A stretch of DNA of 64,000 nt from an uncultured Planctomycetota bacterium. Lineage in GTDB: Bacteria > Planctomycetota > Planctomycetia > Isosphaerales > Isosphaeraceae. The position numbers and the translations under genes are program-made. Below the pieces are notes generated by a model, which did no database searches, had not been told where the DNA came from, and saw only the letters and a program-made list of their open reading frames with translations. The stretch covers positions 480,001 to 544,000 of the forward strand of contig CAWGMQ010000003.1 in the NCBI GenBank assembly GCA_963823665.1, read 5' to 3'. This document shows positions 1 to 12,000 of this stretch, one piece after another (position 1 is the first letter of the stretch; each line of letters begins with the position of its first letter).

Positions 1-239
1 CGTGGTTATTCTACCAAGGATGAAGCGTCGGTTATATAGCGGGCGTCGTCGACCGCGACGGATCAAATCCACGTCGAGGTGGCGTACGTGACCGCGTCCA
101 CACGGAAGAGCCCGGTGGTCCAGACCATCCGCAGCGCGACTGAACGCGTGCGGGAGGGTCGAATGTTGCGATTCATTCTGTTAGTGTGATGTGAGCTCAT
201 CGACTCGGGCAGCCGAGCGAAAGCTCATAGGTCTCTGCA

Positions 240-626
240 ATGACACGGATCACGGTTAATCTGCCAGAAGACGTAGTCGAGCGCGCAAAGCGTCTCGCGG
301 AGCGATCCGGCCGACCGGTTGAAGATCTGCTCGCGGAAACGATTGAATTGTCTTTTCGACCGCTTGGGATGCAGTCTAGCGGTGACGGCCCAAACGCAGA
401 TTGGTCCGACCAAGAGGTTCTCGCCGCGGCAGCAACAGAGCTGCCGCCTGCGGACGACGTGCGCCTCAGCGACCTCCTCGAACGCCAGCAGGCCTCACTG
501 CTTGCTCCGGCGGACCGCACCGAGCTTGCGGTGCTCTTGGAGACCTACCAGTCCGGGCTCCTGCGTAAAGCCCAGGCGCTGCGGGAAGCAGTCAGCCGTG
601 GGCTACGGGAGCCGCTCAAGCCGTGA
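240..626 (+). CDS. Ribbon-helix-helix/CopG-like protein, putative antitoxin or regulator
   Basis: N-terminus MTRITVNLPEDVVERAKRLAERSGRPVEDLL has the RHH beta-alpha-alpha pattern. Its stop overlaps the next start (GTGA, 623-626). Confidence 0.65.
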   Translation: MTRITVNLPEDVVERAKRLAERSGRPVEDLLAETIELSFRPLGMQSSGDGPNADWSDQEVLAAAATELPPADDVRLSDLLERQQASLLAPADRTELAVLLETYQSGLLRKAQALREAVSRGLREPLKP

Positions 627-1053
627 GCGCCGACCAGATTTCTGAAGAGGTGCGCGCACGTATCCGAGAGCAAGCCGACAATCGCTGTGGGTACTGCTTG
701 AGCCCTCAGCATCTGGTGCTCGGCGTGCTCGAGATCGACCATCTCGTTCCGAAATCCAGAGGTGGGACGGACGACGAGGACAACCTCTGGCTCGCGGCAG
801 GCTCTGCAACGGGTTTAAAGCAGCTCAAACGCAGGGTCGCGATCCGGCTGGCGGGCGATTTGTCGATCTCTTCAATCCGCGTCGACAGCAGTGGCGAGAA
901 CACTTTCAGTGGAGCGAAGATGGGGCACGCGTTGTCGGTGCCACGCCCTGCGGCCGGGCGACGGTCATCGCACTTCAACTGAATAACTGGATCGCTGTCA
1001 TGGTCAGACGCGAATGGATACCTGCCGGCTGGCACCCGCCACGCCATGATTAG
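623..1053 (+). CDS. HNH endonuclease (frameshift near 796)
   Basis: RCGYC...EIDHLVPKSRGG..DNLWLA in the first frame. The shifted frame gives (C)RLCNGFK...LFNPRRQQWREHFQWS...GRATVIALQLN...WIPAGWHPP to TAG at 1051-1053. Confidence 0.85.
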
Positions 1054-1116
1054 ACCGCTCTGACCGACCCGCACGAAAGGAATCGCAGGGACCGGCCTTG
1101 AACACCACTCGAACAG

Positions 1117-4100
1117 CTATGGCTTTATCCCTGGATTCCTCTCCGCGTCCCGGCGAGCGTGCAGTTCCTTCCGCCACTTCGCTGCTTCGTCGGGCTTACT
1201 CGTCGCCTCGTAAAACTGAACGAGGCGTTCGACGGCTTCCTTCAGGCGAATTTTGCCTGCGGGCGGGATCTTGTCCTCCTGTTTCTTCATCCCGTCGTAA
1301 CCGCTCAAGAGCAGCGGCTCGCCTTCGGCGTACTTTTTCTCACCCAGTAGAGCCCCGCCGAGCATCGACTTGGTGTTAAACGTCAGCCACTCGTCGGGTT
1401 TCTGACTCTCGCGGATCGCCAGGCACTCGCGGAGGAGCGGCTCGGCCTCGGTCCATTTTTTCTGCTCCAGCAGGATTGAGCCAAACCGGGCGAGCGTGCC
1501 GGCCAACTGCGGGCTGTCCTTGGGCAGCGTTTTACGAGCCTCGGCCAATTGCTCCCGGCGCAAGTCGCCGAGCTTCGAGTTCTCACCCGCCTTCGCATAA
1601 GCGTCGCTCAATTCGTTTGCAACCCAGCGAAGCGTTGGGAATCTCTTCGCCGCTTGATGGGCTTCCTCGAGGAGTGGGATCGCCTCCTTGAGCCTGCCGG
1701 CATCCTTGTAGTTGACCCCAAGGTTGGCCACCGTGAACTGTGTATTCGGATGCTGGCGGCCAAGCTTGGCCTCTTGCCGCTTGAGCACGTCCTCGAACAG
1801 AGGCACGGATTTGTCGAGTTGCTTTGCCCGCCAGTACGCCGCGGCGAGGTTGCCGCGCGTGAGCAGGGTGTCGGGGTGGTCGGGGCCGAGCTTGGCGATC
1901 TGGGCGTCGCGGACGCGCTCGAACAGGGCGATCGCCTCGGGGAGCTTGCCGGCGGCCTGGTACGCCGTGGCGAGGTTGCCAAGCGTTGTCAGGGTATGGG
2001 GGTGGTCGGGGCCGAGCTTGGCGATCCGGGCGTCGCGGACGCGCTCGAACAGGGCGATCGCCTCGGGGAGCTTGCCGGCGGTATAGTACGCCGCGGCGAG
2101 GTTGCCGAGCGTGATCAGGGTATCGGGGTGGTCGGGGCCGAGCTTGGCGATCTGGGCGTCGCGGACGCGCTCGAGGAGGGCAATCGACTCCGGGAGCTTG
2201 CCGGCGGCCTGGTACGCCGTGGCGAGGTTGTGGAGCGAGGTCAGGGCGTCGGGGTGGTCGGGGCCGAGCTTGGCGATCCGGGCATCGCGGACGCGCTCGT
2301 TGAGGGCGATCGCCTCGGGGAGCTTGCCGACGTCCTGGTACGCCAGGGCGAGGTTGTTGAGCGCGGTCAAGGTGTCGGGGTGGTCGGGGCCGAGCTTGGC
2401 GATCATGCCATCGCGGACGCGCTCGAACAGGGCGATCGCCTCGGGGAGCTTACCGGCCGACCGGTACGTTTCGGCGAGATTGTTGAGCGTCGTCAGGGTG
2501 TTGGGGTGGTCGGGGCCTAGCTTGGCGATCGCGGCGTCGCGGACGCGCTCGAACAGGGCGATCGCCTCGGGGAGCCTGCCGACGGCCTTGTACGCCAAGG
2601 CGAGGTTGTTGAGCGCGGCCAGGGTGTCGGGGTGGTCGGGCCCGAGCTTGTTTGTTCGGGTTTCGCGAGCCTTGAGGAACAGCGGGATAGCCTGATCGGA
2701 CGCTCCCAAACTATCCAGCGACAGCCCGAGCGTCACTTGCATCTCGGCCACGGCCAGCGGATCGCCGATGGCGGTGCCTTCGAGGTCCTGGATGGCCCGG
2801 CTCAGATTGGCCTTGAGCGCGTCGCGCAGCTCAGACACCGTCGCGTAATTCTGCGTCGGGTTCAGATTCTCGAAGACCGAGCCGAGCAGTTTGTTAGCCT
2901 TCTTGGCGTAACCCAGGTTCGTCTCGGCGTCGCGTCGCTTCTGATCGGCATCGAGCTTGGCCAGCCGTTCCCCTTCGGCCCGCGCCGTCTCGGCGTTCCG
3001 CGCCTTGATGGCCACCCCCCGTTGGTACTCGGCCCGCACCAGGCCGATCGACGTGCCGATGATGCCGACCACCAAGGCGAGCAAGACCAGGCCCGCCGCG
3101 ATCACCCGGCCTTTGTTGCGCCGCACGAACTTCTGGAAGCGATATCCGGCCGACGGCGGCCGCGCCTCCACCGCGAGATCGGCCACGTAGCGCTCGATGT
3201 CGCGTGCCAGCGCGCTGGCCGTCTCGTAGCGCCGCTCGCGATGCTTCTCCAGGCACTTCATGATCACCCAATCGAGCTCGCCTCGCAGCAACGTCATCAA
3301 CTTGCGCGGCTCGGTCTGCCGCATCGCCGCCAGCGAAGGAAGCGAAGCATCGGTCGAGAGCCGCGTCGACGGCTTCGACGGCTCCTCTTCACGAATGATG
3401 CGGATCATCTCGGTGAGCGCGGCCTTCTTGAGACGAGCGGCGTCGAATGGTCGAAGGCCGGTGAGCAGCTCGTAGAGAATCACGCCGAGTGAGTAAATGT
3501 CGGCCCGGGTGTCGATGTCCTGGCCCGTGAATCCGGTCTGCTCCGGAGACATGTACTCGAACGTGCCCACGATCGCGCCGAACTGCGTGGAGAGCGATTC
3601 ATCGGTGAGCTTCCCGCCCGTCGCCTTGGCCACGCCAAAGTCGATCACTTTGGGCACGGGCCGGGCATCGACCATCGTGATCAGGATGTTCGCCGGTTTC
3701 AGATCGCGATGCACAATTCCCTTTTGGTGCGCATGCTGAACCGCCTGGCAGATCGGCACGAACAGTTCGAGTCGTTCTTTTGGCGTGAGCTTCAACTGAT
3801 CGCAAAACTTGTTGAGCGGCAAGCCGTTGACCAGCTCCATCACGAAAAACGGCTGGCCGCCAGGCGTCAGTCCGGCGTCGAAGACCTTGGCGATGTTGGG
3901 ATGGTCCATCATTGCCAGCGCCTGTCGCTCCTGCTCGAATCGCTGCAAGACAGCGCGAGAATCCATGCCCTCCTTGATCAGCTTGAGCGCAACTTTTCGT
4001 TTCACAGGCTCGGACTGCTTGGCGACCCAGACTTCGCCCATCCCGCCTTCGCCGATCTTTTCTCGCAGCGTGTAGCGACCCGCGATCTGCTCGTTCGGTT

Positions 4101-4405
4101 TCGCGCCGGCGTGAAAATCGACCGTCGCCGTGCGAGAGGCAGGACCGCCTTCGGGCTCGGAAGCATGCCCTCCGGCGGATTCTGTTTCCGGGTGTCCAGA
4201 GGCGGATCCGACGGTGGTGTCGATGCTTACCTGATCGACGAGCGCGACGTTCGAGCCGATCATCGCTCTCGAAATGAGCGCGAAGTAACGCCTCGATCCT
4301 TTTCTTCAGGTCTGGATTATCGGCGCGGGCCCGGTCGAGGAAGGCCGACCGCTCACTTTCGTCGGCAATCTGCAAGGCGGCGATAAACAGCTCGCGTTCG
4401 TTCAT
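1117..4405 (-). CDS. Ser/Thr protein kinase with TM segment and C-terminal TPR array (frameshift near 4260)
   Basis: Kinase motifs GEGGMGEV, VALKLIK, HRDLKPAN, DFG, GTFEYMSPEQ; hydrophobic VIAAGLVLLALVVGIIG; 42-aa LGPDHP repeats. The typical N-terminus MNERELFIAALQIAD...RIEALLRAH starts at 4405 in another frame. Confidence 0.9.
1760..2680 (-). repeat. Tandem 126-bp (42-aa) TPR repeats, 7 near-identical units plus 1 divergent
   Basis: The KLGPDHP-coding block (+ strand ...tcggggtggtcggggccgagcttggcgat...) recurs at about 1886, 2012, 2138, 2264, 2390, 2516 and 2642. Confidence 0.95.
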
Positions 4406-4503
4406 TTGAATGCTCCCCGGGCGAGGAATCCCAGACGTCTCATAACTCCATGCGCCGTTGGCAGCGATATCGCGCAAAGCCTCTCGAAATTTTCCCGCCG
4501 AGA

Positions 4504-5058
4504 TCAGGGTTTCATTTCCTCGCGCAGCCACGCCCTGGCGTATTTCCAGTGGAAATCGGCTGTTCTGGGGGAAATTCCCAGCACTTCGGCCGCTTGCGGA
4601 ATGGTCATCCCGACGAAGTAGCGCAGCTTCACCAGCTCGGCCACCGGCGGGTCCAATTTCGCCAGTTTCTCGAGTGCTTCGTCCAGATCGATCACGTACG
4701 CGTCGCGTTCCGGGGCGGAGATCGCCTCGGGATCGAAGTCTCGTCGATCGAGGTTGCCGCCCCGCTTCTTTCTCGACTTCGTGCGTGCGTTCTCCACCAA
4801 AATCCGCCTCATGGCCTCCGCGGCCGCCGCGAAGAAGTGGCCTCGGCCGTCCCACCGCTTCTCGGGATCGGAGGCAACCAATCTGAGATAAGCCTCATGA
4901 ACGAGCGCCGTCGCCTGAAGCGTTTGTCCCGGTGGCTCGCCCGCCAGTTTCTGCGCGGCCAATTTACGGAGCTCGTCGTACAAGAGCGGTAAGAGTTTGC
5001 TCGCCGCCTCCTGGTCTCCCTGCTCGATCGCGGCAAGGATGACGGTGACGTCAGACAT
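4504..5058 (-). CDS. ECF sigma factor, kinase-associated type (TIGR02999-like)
   Basis: MSDVTVILAAIEQGD...LLPLLYDELRKLA...QTLQATALVHEAYLRL...HFFAAAAEAMRRILV...RYFVGMT..AEVLGISPRT. Lies directly upstream of the kinase. Confidence 0.92.
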   Translation of the reverse strand: MSDVTVILAAIEQGDQEAASKLLPLLYDELRKLAAQKLAGEPPGQTLQATALVHEAYLRLVASDPEKRWDGRGHFFAAAAEAMRRILVENARTKSRKKRGGNLDRRDFDPEAISAPERDAYVIDLDEALEKLAKLDPPVAELVKLRYFVGMTIPQAAEVLGISPRTADFHWKYARAWLREEMKP

Positions 5059-5423
5059 CGCAGCACCCGCGGGAAGGCGTGATTGCTCGATCCGGCACAC
5101 ACACGACGTGCGACGACATTCTCAGCAATGGTTGGCCCGCCAGCAAGCCCGCTCCACCGAAGTTGCGAACCAGTTGTCAGGACGAAGAGTTCGTCCGACT
5201 ACACTCGCCGATCGACCGAATGCCGGAGAACGATCTAACCGGTAGCTGGCGCACGATCCATCCGTTACCATATTCCATGTCGGCGCCCAGGTTCACTCTT
5301 TCTCCACGATCACTTGATCAAGCACGGAGGCGACTTGGCGGCTACCGACGAGGGAAACTCGGACGGCGGCGAGTTCTCATCGTGACGGCCGGAGCTGGCA
5401 GAGTACGCTCGAGGAAAACCAGA

Positions 5424-7879
5424 ATGTCTGCTTGCGACGAGACACAAGGTCCTCGCGCCCATGTTCCTGCGGAGACAGTCCGGCAATCCGAGGCGGGGCC
5501 CCAGCGACTTCACGACCCCGCCCTTGGCCAGGCCGGTGCGCCGGCCAAAGCGAGAGGGGTCGCGAGCTATCGTGAGTTTGCCGACGCGCTCACCGATATC
5601 GGCCTGATCGACGCCGCCGAGCTCGAGCGGTTTGCCGTCGACTCCGCCGAAGGCGTGGTGGGGCTCTCGCGTGCCCTCGTCATGGCCGGCAGGCTCACTC
5701 CCTATCAGGCCGCCGCGATCTACCAGAATAAGAGCCGCGGCCTCTTGGTCGGCAATTATCTCATCCTCGACAAGGTGGGCCAGGGTGGGATGGGTATGGT
5801 TTTCAAGGCCCGTCACCGCAAGCTCGGTCGATTAGGCGCGCTCAAGATCCTTCCTCCGTCATTCACTCGGGACTCCGGCGCCGTCATGCGTTTCCGCCGC
5901 GAGTTCGAGGCGGCCGGCCGGCTCAAGCACCTCAACCTGGTCGCCGCCTTCGAGGCCGATGAAGACCGCGGTGTCCATTTCCTGGTGATGGACTACGTCG
6001 AGGGGATCAACCTGGAACGCGTCATCCGCGAGCATGGACGTTTGCCGGTCTCCGACGCCCTCGACTACCTGATCCAGTCCGCCCGCGGCTTGGAGGCCGC
6101 CCACGAACAAGGAATCATTCATCGCGATATCAAGCCCGGCAACCTCATGCTCGACCGCCAAGGCACGGTCCGTGTGCTCGACCTGGGCCTGGCCCGGATC
6201 GTCGACGCCAGCAATCCGTTCAGCAAGACCATCACCGGCCGCCTGACCCAGAGTCACACGTACATGGGAACCATTGATTACATGGCTCCCGAACAGGCTG
6301 AAGACTCGCACAACGTCGACCATCGCGCCGACATTTACAGCCTGGCCTGCACGTTTTTCTTTCTGCTGAGCGCCCGCGAACCGTTCGCCGGCAAATCCAT
6401 GCTGAAGCGAATGGTGGCTCACCAGGAGCACCCGGCACCATTCCTGCGCGACATCCGGCCCGACGTCTCGCCTGCTCTCGAGGCCGTCTACCTGAAAATG
6501 ATGGCCAAGAAGCCAGAGGATCGCCCAGCCTCGATGACCGAAGTCATCGCGCTGTTGCAGGCGTCGAAGCTCTCGACCGACAGCGACATGGGCACAGTGG
6601 CCCCGCCCCTCGCACCCACGGCGGCGGCCGAAGTCTGCAATCAGGCACCGCTTGAACGGGGGGAACCATTGCGGCCGATCGCCGAATCGGCGATCTTCGC
6701 CCGCCGCATCGAATCTGAAGACATGGTCACCGACGGCAAGCTAAACCTCTGGGACCTGTTGATGGACGTGCGATCGGATGTCAATGTCGGCGGCGAGCCA
6801 AGTGCCGACCCAGAAGAGCGCAAAGGCGCCTCCGACGACCATGAGTTGAACCTCAGGGAACTTGCGATGGCACTGGGGGAAGAGGCCGCTGCACCGGCCG
6901 CGCGAAAGCCTCTCGTCGCCGAAGCCCCGTCGCCGAAAGCGTCCGCACCGCCGCGGAAGGAAGAGAAGGCGTCCGCACCGCCGAAACCACCGGCCAGCGA
7001 ACGACAACCACTAAAACCGGCCGCATCAACCCGCCAAGAAGAGAAGCCGTCTGCCCGGCCGAAATCGCCTTCTGCCGAAGCCCCGCCGGCGAGAGGGTCC
7101 GCACCACCTCCGAAGGAAGAGAAGCCGTCGGCCCCGCCGAAACCGCCTGCCGCAGACGCCCAGCCATTGAAGCGGTCGGCACCACCGCAGCGAGCAGAAA
7201 TGCCGCCCGCCTCGCCGAAGCCCCCTTCCGCCCCCGCCCAGCCTCTGAAGCGGTCGGCACCACCGCAGCGCGCAGAAATGCCATCCGCTTCGCCGAAGCC
7301 CCCTTCCGCTGCCGCCGAGCCGCTGAAGCGGTCGCCACCACCGCAGCGCGCAGAAATGCCGCCCGCTTCGCCGAAGCCGCCTTCCGCTGCGCCCCAGCCG
7401 CTGAGACGATCCACACCACCGCAGCACATCGAACCGCCGCCAGACCGGCCGCAATCGCCTGCCGATGAGAGACAAACCTTGAAACCGAGCGCGCGGCGCG
7501 GTCCGGCGGCCTGGCCCAGAGCAGGCGTCTTGTGATTCTCGCGGTGATGGTGACCATCCTTCTCATCGTGGCTGTCGTGGTGTCGTTTTCAGATCGGACA
7601 GAATCCGTCATGAAAAAAGACACCTCAGCGCCCGCGCACGACTCAAAGGAGAGCGGGACTTCTCCGGTCGAAGCGCTTCCGCCGCCCGTATCGCGCGACC
7701 ATTCGGGCGAGAACCGAATGGGTGAACAGGAAAAAGCGCGACGAAGGCAACGCTTCTATGCCGATCCGCCACTGTCGCTTCACGCTGCTGGCCCGACTCT
7801 GCCGGACGGGATTGGTTACCCGCAGGGCTCCATCAAATCGGGGTCAGGCTCAGGCGTTGGGCTTCCGTCCAGCGAATGA
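5424..7879 (+). CDS. Membrane Ser/Thr kinase with Pro-rich repeat linker (probable frameshift near 7501 joins the TM tail)
   Basis: GQGGMGMV, HRDIKPGN, DLG, GTIDYMAPEQ; GAGG upstream of ATG 5424. The frame of ORF 7532-7879 reads SGGLAQSRRLVILAVMVTILLIVAVVVSF (TM) back to about 7502. Confidence 0.8.
6880..7500 (+). repeat. About 7-8 imperfect 78-bp (26-aa) Pro/Ala/Lys-rich repeats
   Basis: Units like QRAEMPPASPKPPSAPAQPLKRSAPP; gaagcggtcg recurs at 7169, 7247 and 7325. Confidence 0.9.
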
Positions 7880-7940
7880 CGATCCGCGCCTCGGTCGGTT
7901 CAGGGCGCGGCGAAGACGTCGGCAGGCAGATCGGGAATTC

Positions 7941-8991
7941 CCACCTTCGGTCGAGAAGGTTTCCTTGGCCCCAAAGATGATCTCGACCGCGTTACTTGCC
8001 GCCACATAGGAGACGGTGAAGCGATGAGAACTGCGCGGTGGTCCCTACGGTCCCGCCCGTGAACGCCACCGGTGGAAGGATGAGCTGATCGCCGTCCATG
8101 GTTACCGGCGCTCGCTCTTCGTCAAGACGCTCCGCTCATGTTGAGCGCAATGAACAGATCGCCGGATGAGTCGACGGCCAGTCCCATCGGTCCGTTCAGG
8201 AACGCCGCCGTGGCCGCCATTCCGTCACTCGTCGAGCCCTCGTAGTTGCCATTGCCTGCATACAACGTGATCATATCGGACGCGACGTTCACCGCGAAAA
8301 CCACGTTGTTCATGTTATCCGCGACGTAAACCGTTCCGCCCGAGACCGCGAGCCCGGCGGGATCTCCCAGCGCGACGCCGGTCGCCGGGCCTGTGTACGG
8401 GTAAGACGGGGCGGAGCCGTCGCCCGCGAACACGCTGACCGCACCACCCTGGCCCTCGACGACGTCCTGGTCGAACACACCGTACATCGAGACAAAGATA
8501 TCGCCGCCCGAGTCCGAGGCAACGAAACTCGTCGGGTCGCCGAACTCATCGAGTGCTATCGAGGAGTTGATCATCGCCGGTCCAGGCTGAGTGACGCTGC
8601 CTGCGTACGAGCCAGAGCCGCTGTACGCGGCCGTCACGACGTTCTGCCCCTGCGGCAAGCTTGACGTCTCGAAGTCAGCCATGCCGTCCCCCAGGCGCGC
8701 CTGACCGATCATCATCCCGTTATCGAAGAAGCTGACGGTCCCGCCCGCGAGCGGCTTGTTGCTCGGCGGGTTGGCCGTCACCATGGCCGTGAAGTCCTCC
8801 ATCTGCCCGGCCACGATCGAGCCCGCCGAATCCATAAGCTCGATCATCGTGGCGGTCAAGAGCAGCCTGCCCTCGAGCGGGTCCATCATTGGCCTCGCGC
8901 ACCGCGCCGCCCGGCAGAGCGCCGGTCTCGTAATCGACACCGGCGCTCGCGGGCATACAACATCGTATTGACGTTCATGATCTGCCTCCAC
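7941..8991 (-). pseudogene. Truncated surface protein (export motif, Ig-like group 3, NHL-like repeats) with a detached C-terminal remnant
   Basis: ORF 8122-8991 has DPLEGRLLLT, an Ig-like block (GTVSFFDNG...VTAAYSG) and NHL-like repeats, and ends mid-repeat. Minus-strand 8020-7941 reads FTVSYVAASNAVEIIFGAKETFSTEG, which resembles the C-terminus of the giant protein. Confidence 0.6.
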
Positions 8992-9089
8992 CGAGTAACG
9001 AGGACTGAATTGTTGCCAGCGAGGATCGGTTTCGCCACGGAATGACCATCGAGCGGCTCCCTCGGTGCGTAGCCATCAAGAGCCCGTCG

Positions 9090-12000
9090 TCACGACGGCG
9101 TGATCGTCGTCCCCTTCTTCGAGATCGTGAACGTGGTCGTGCCCGTCAAGGATGCGCCCGAGCCGCCTGTGACTCCGCCGGCGCCACCCACGATTGTGAG
9201 CTGCCCGCCGGTCGGGAACGTTTGCTTGCCGAGCAGCGTCAGATCCACCGTATCGGTCGACGGGACGTACGAAACCGTGAACGCGGTGATCGGGTGCAGC
9301 GTGATCTTCACTTTCTTTTTGACCTTCTTCGTCGTGACGTTATCGAGCTGGTAATTGAGGCGGTTGTTCGCGCTGGCCGGATTGAGCGGGGCGCTAAACG
9401 TCAAGTCGAAGCCGGTGAGGGTTGAAGGACCGACCGGCTTCCCCTTTTTGAGCTTGCGCACAAAGACCGGCTTTTCCATGATGATCGAAGGCGGAGCCGG
9501 TGGAACCGCCACGGTCGTCTTCGCCTGGGCAGTCTGCGGGGTCGGCTGGGCGATGCCGAGATTGTTGGTGGCGACGCTGTAGAAGCCGTAGGCGTTGCCC
9601 GCCTGGCCGGTAAACGTTGCAGACGTTGCCGTGGTCTGGATCAAGAATGGTGTGAAGGCGCCGCCGTCATCCGAGACGAAGATCTCGTAAGACTTGATGC
9701 TCGTGGCGCCGGTGCCCGGCGATCCGCTCCAGCTCAACGTGAAGCTCGTGCTTGCGGTCGTGGACGGCAGAGGACTGACCGTGCTGGATGGCGCGCCGAT
9801 TACCTTGGTGGTGGCCTGGGCAGCCGTCGGCGTGGGCTGAATATTGCCGACGTTGTCAGTGGCCACCGAATAGTATCCATACGTATGGCCTGCAACGCCC
9901 GTGAACGTTGCCGATGTGCTGGATGTGGCAGACTGCCAGAGGGTGAATGGCCCGCCGTTGTCGGAGGCATACACGTTGTAGAACGCGATACCTGAGCCGC
10001 CGGTATCGTCCTGACCTGACCAATTGACCGTGAAATTGGGACCACTGCTCGCCGGAAGTGGCGCAACGCTGCTCGCCGGCGGGCCGGTATCAATCGTGTT
10101 GAGGCTCGCCGGCGTCTGGATCGCCGAATTGGTGTCGAAGACGATCGAGGCTTGCTCCGTGATCGTGGTGCCTGTGGCAACACCGGCTTTCGGCTGGGCG
10201 GAGAAGGTGAAGTAGCCCTCACCGTCGTGGTTGGCGTCATCCACGGGCAGGAAGCCGGCGTTGATGCCGTCGGGCGGCTCCATCGTCGCCGGGTCGAGCG
10301 ACTGGAAAGTCACCGTGACCACGCCGGTTGCCTGGTCCAGGTCGAGCGTGACTGGCACCAGCAGGTCGATGCCATCCGGGCGAAGGTCGATGGTCGTCGA
10401 GTAATCCGACAGGCCCGCGGGTATGGTGAAGTTGTAAGCGCCGAACCCGAAACCGGTGAACTGGAAGGTGCCGGGGTCGAGATTTGGGTCGAGGGTCATG
10501 GTGGCGGTCACGACCTGCGCGGCGGCGGTGGCCTTGGTCGGGTCGTTCTCGAAATCGACCTCGTACGGCATTGTTTCCGGCTGAATAAAGCCCTGCGGGC
10601 CGTAGCCGGCGGGGCCGACCAGGTTGTTGGGGTCAACGGCGCCTCCGACCTGCACGGTAGTCGTGGGGCCGCCCGTATCACCCGGCGGGGGAATTACAGG
10701 CGAGACCTGAGGATCACTAGCCCGGCAGAGGGCCAGGTCTGTGTTGTAGTCATTCAGAGCCGAAGCGGCGTATCCTTCCGCGAGAATGTACAGGTCGGCG
10801 GCATTCTGGTCGCGCATGCCGACGCTGTTAATGTTATTGACCGCTGTGTTGTAGTCGGATTGAAGCGTGCCCCAGTCAGAGTAAGCGCTGAGGAGATCAT
10901 TGATAAGCCCGGCGATCGGGCTGGCTTTGCCCCACAATATCGCCACTTCGCTTTCGGCTTCTCCGAAAAGCGCGACGAAGTCGTCGAGCCCCTGTTTTAT
11001 GAAGCCGAGCAGGGTATTGAAATTGTCCAAAGTCGATGGCGAATTGCCCGCGGCGATCGCGGCGTTGTTTTCGTTGACTTGAGTGCGAACGGAGTTCACA
11101 AACTTGTCGAAGCGGTCGAAAGCGCTCTTGACGGCGTCGAGCGCCGCTTTAGCAGCCGAGCTCGACTCGCCCGCGATACCGTCGATGATGCTCGACAACG
11201 CCGACGGGAAAGCCTTGGCGATGCCCGCAATATCCAGCACGATGCTGGCCGCATCGCCCGAGAGCTTGAGCCCTTGCAGCGCGACCGTGCTTACGTTGAA
11301 GAACTGCGCGTTTTGGCCCGCGCTGTAATTCTCTTGCCAGATCGCAAAGTATTTATTGGCCAACTGTATGTAGTTCTGAATCATGATATAATCATTGACA
11401 ACCGATTGACAGGTCATCGCCGGCAGCGTCGGCAACTGAACTGCGTTCCCCAGCGGCTTTGGCGGCGACTGGTACTGGAGCAAGCTCAGGGCCCCGCTGA
11501 CGATACTGTCGGGGGTGGGGACGAAGTCGGGACTGACCGGGTCGATCGTGACGATCTGGAGAGCGAAATTCACGCCGGTCTGAGCAGCGCCGGCGGCAAC
11601 GGTGAGCGGCGAAAGGCTGACGGACGCGGCCCCATCCAGGGTGGCAGTGAGAGCGAACGTGCCGGCGGGCAGAGCGGTCAAAGTGTAGTCCCCGCCGGCA
11701 CCGGCGGCGGTCTCGGCAATGATATTTCCGGCGGCGTCGGTCGCCTCGACGACCGCCCCGGGCAACCCGCGCCCGGATGAATCGCTCACACGCCCGACAC
11801 GCTTATGGATGCCGGTTCCAGGCTGAAGGTTCGACCCAATTCGCTGCCCGAAATCGCCATTCCGCGTATAACTAGACTCTGGTATCCGGTCGCCGCGACC
11901 ACGATATCATAAGTGCCGGCAGGCAAGGTATCGAGCAGGAAGTTCCCCTGGGGATCCGAGACGGCCGTGTACCACTCAAGCGGTCCACTTTCGTTTCGTA

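Noticed and set aside
1760..2680. Diversity-generating retroelement target
   Set aside because: No reverse transcriptase or separate template repeat in the window, and the differences are not limited to adenines.
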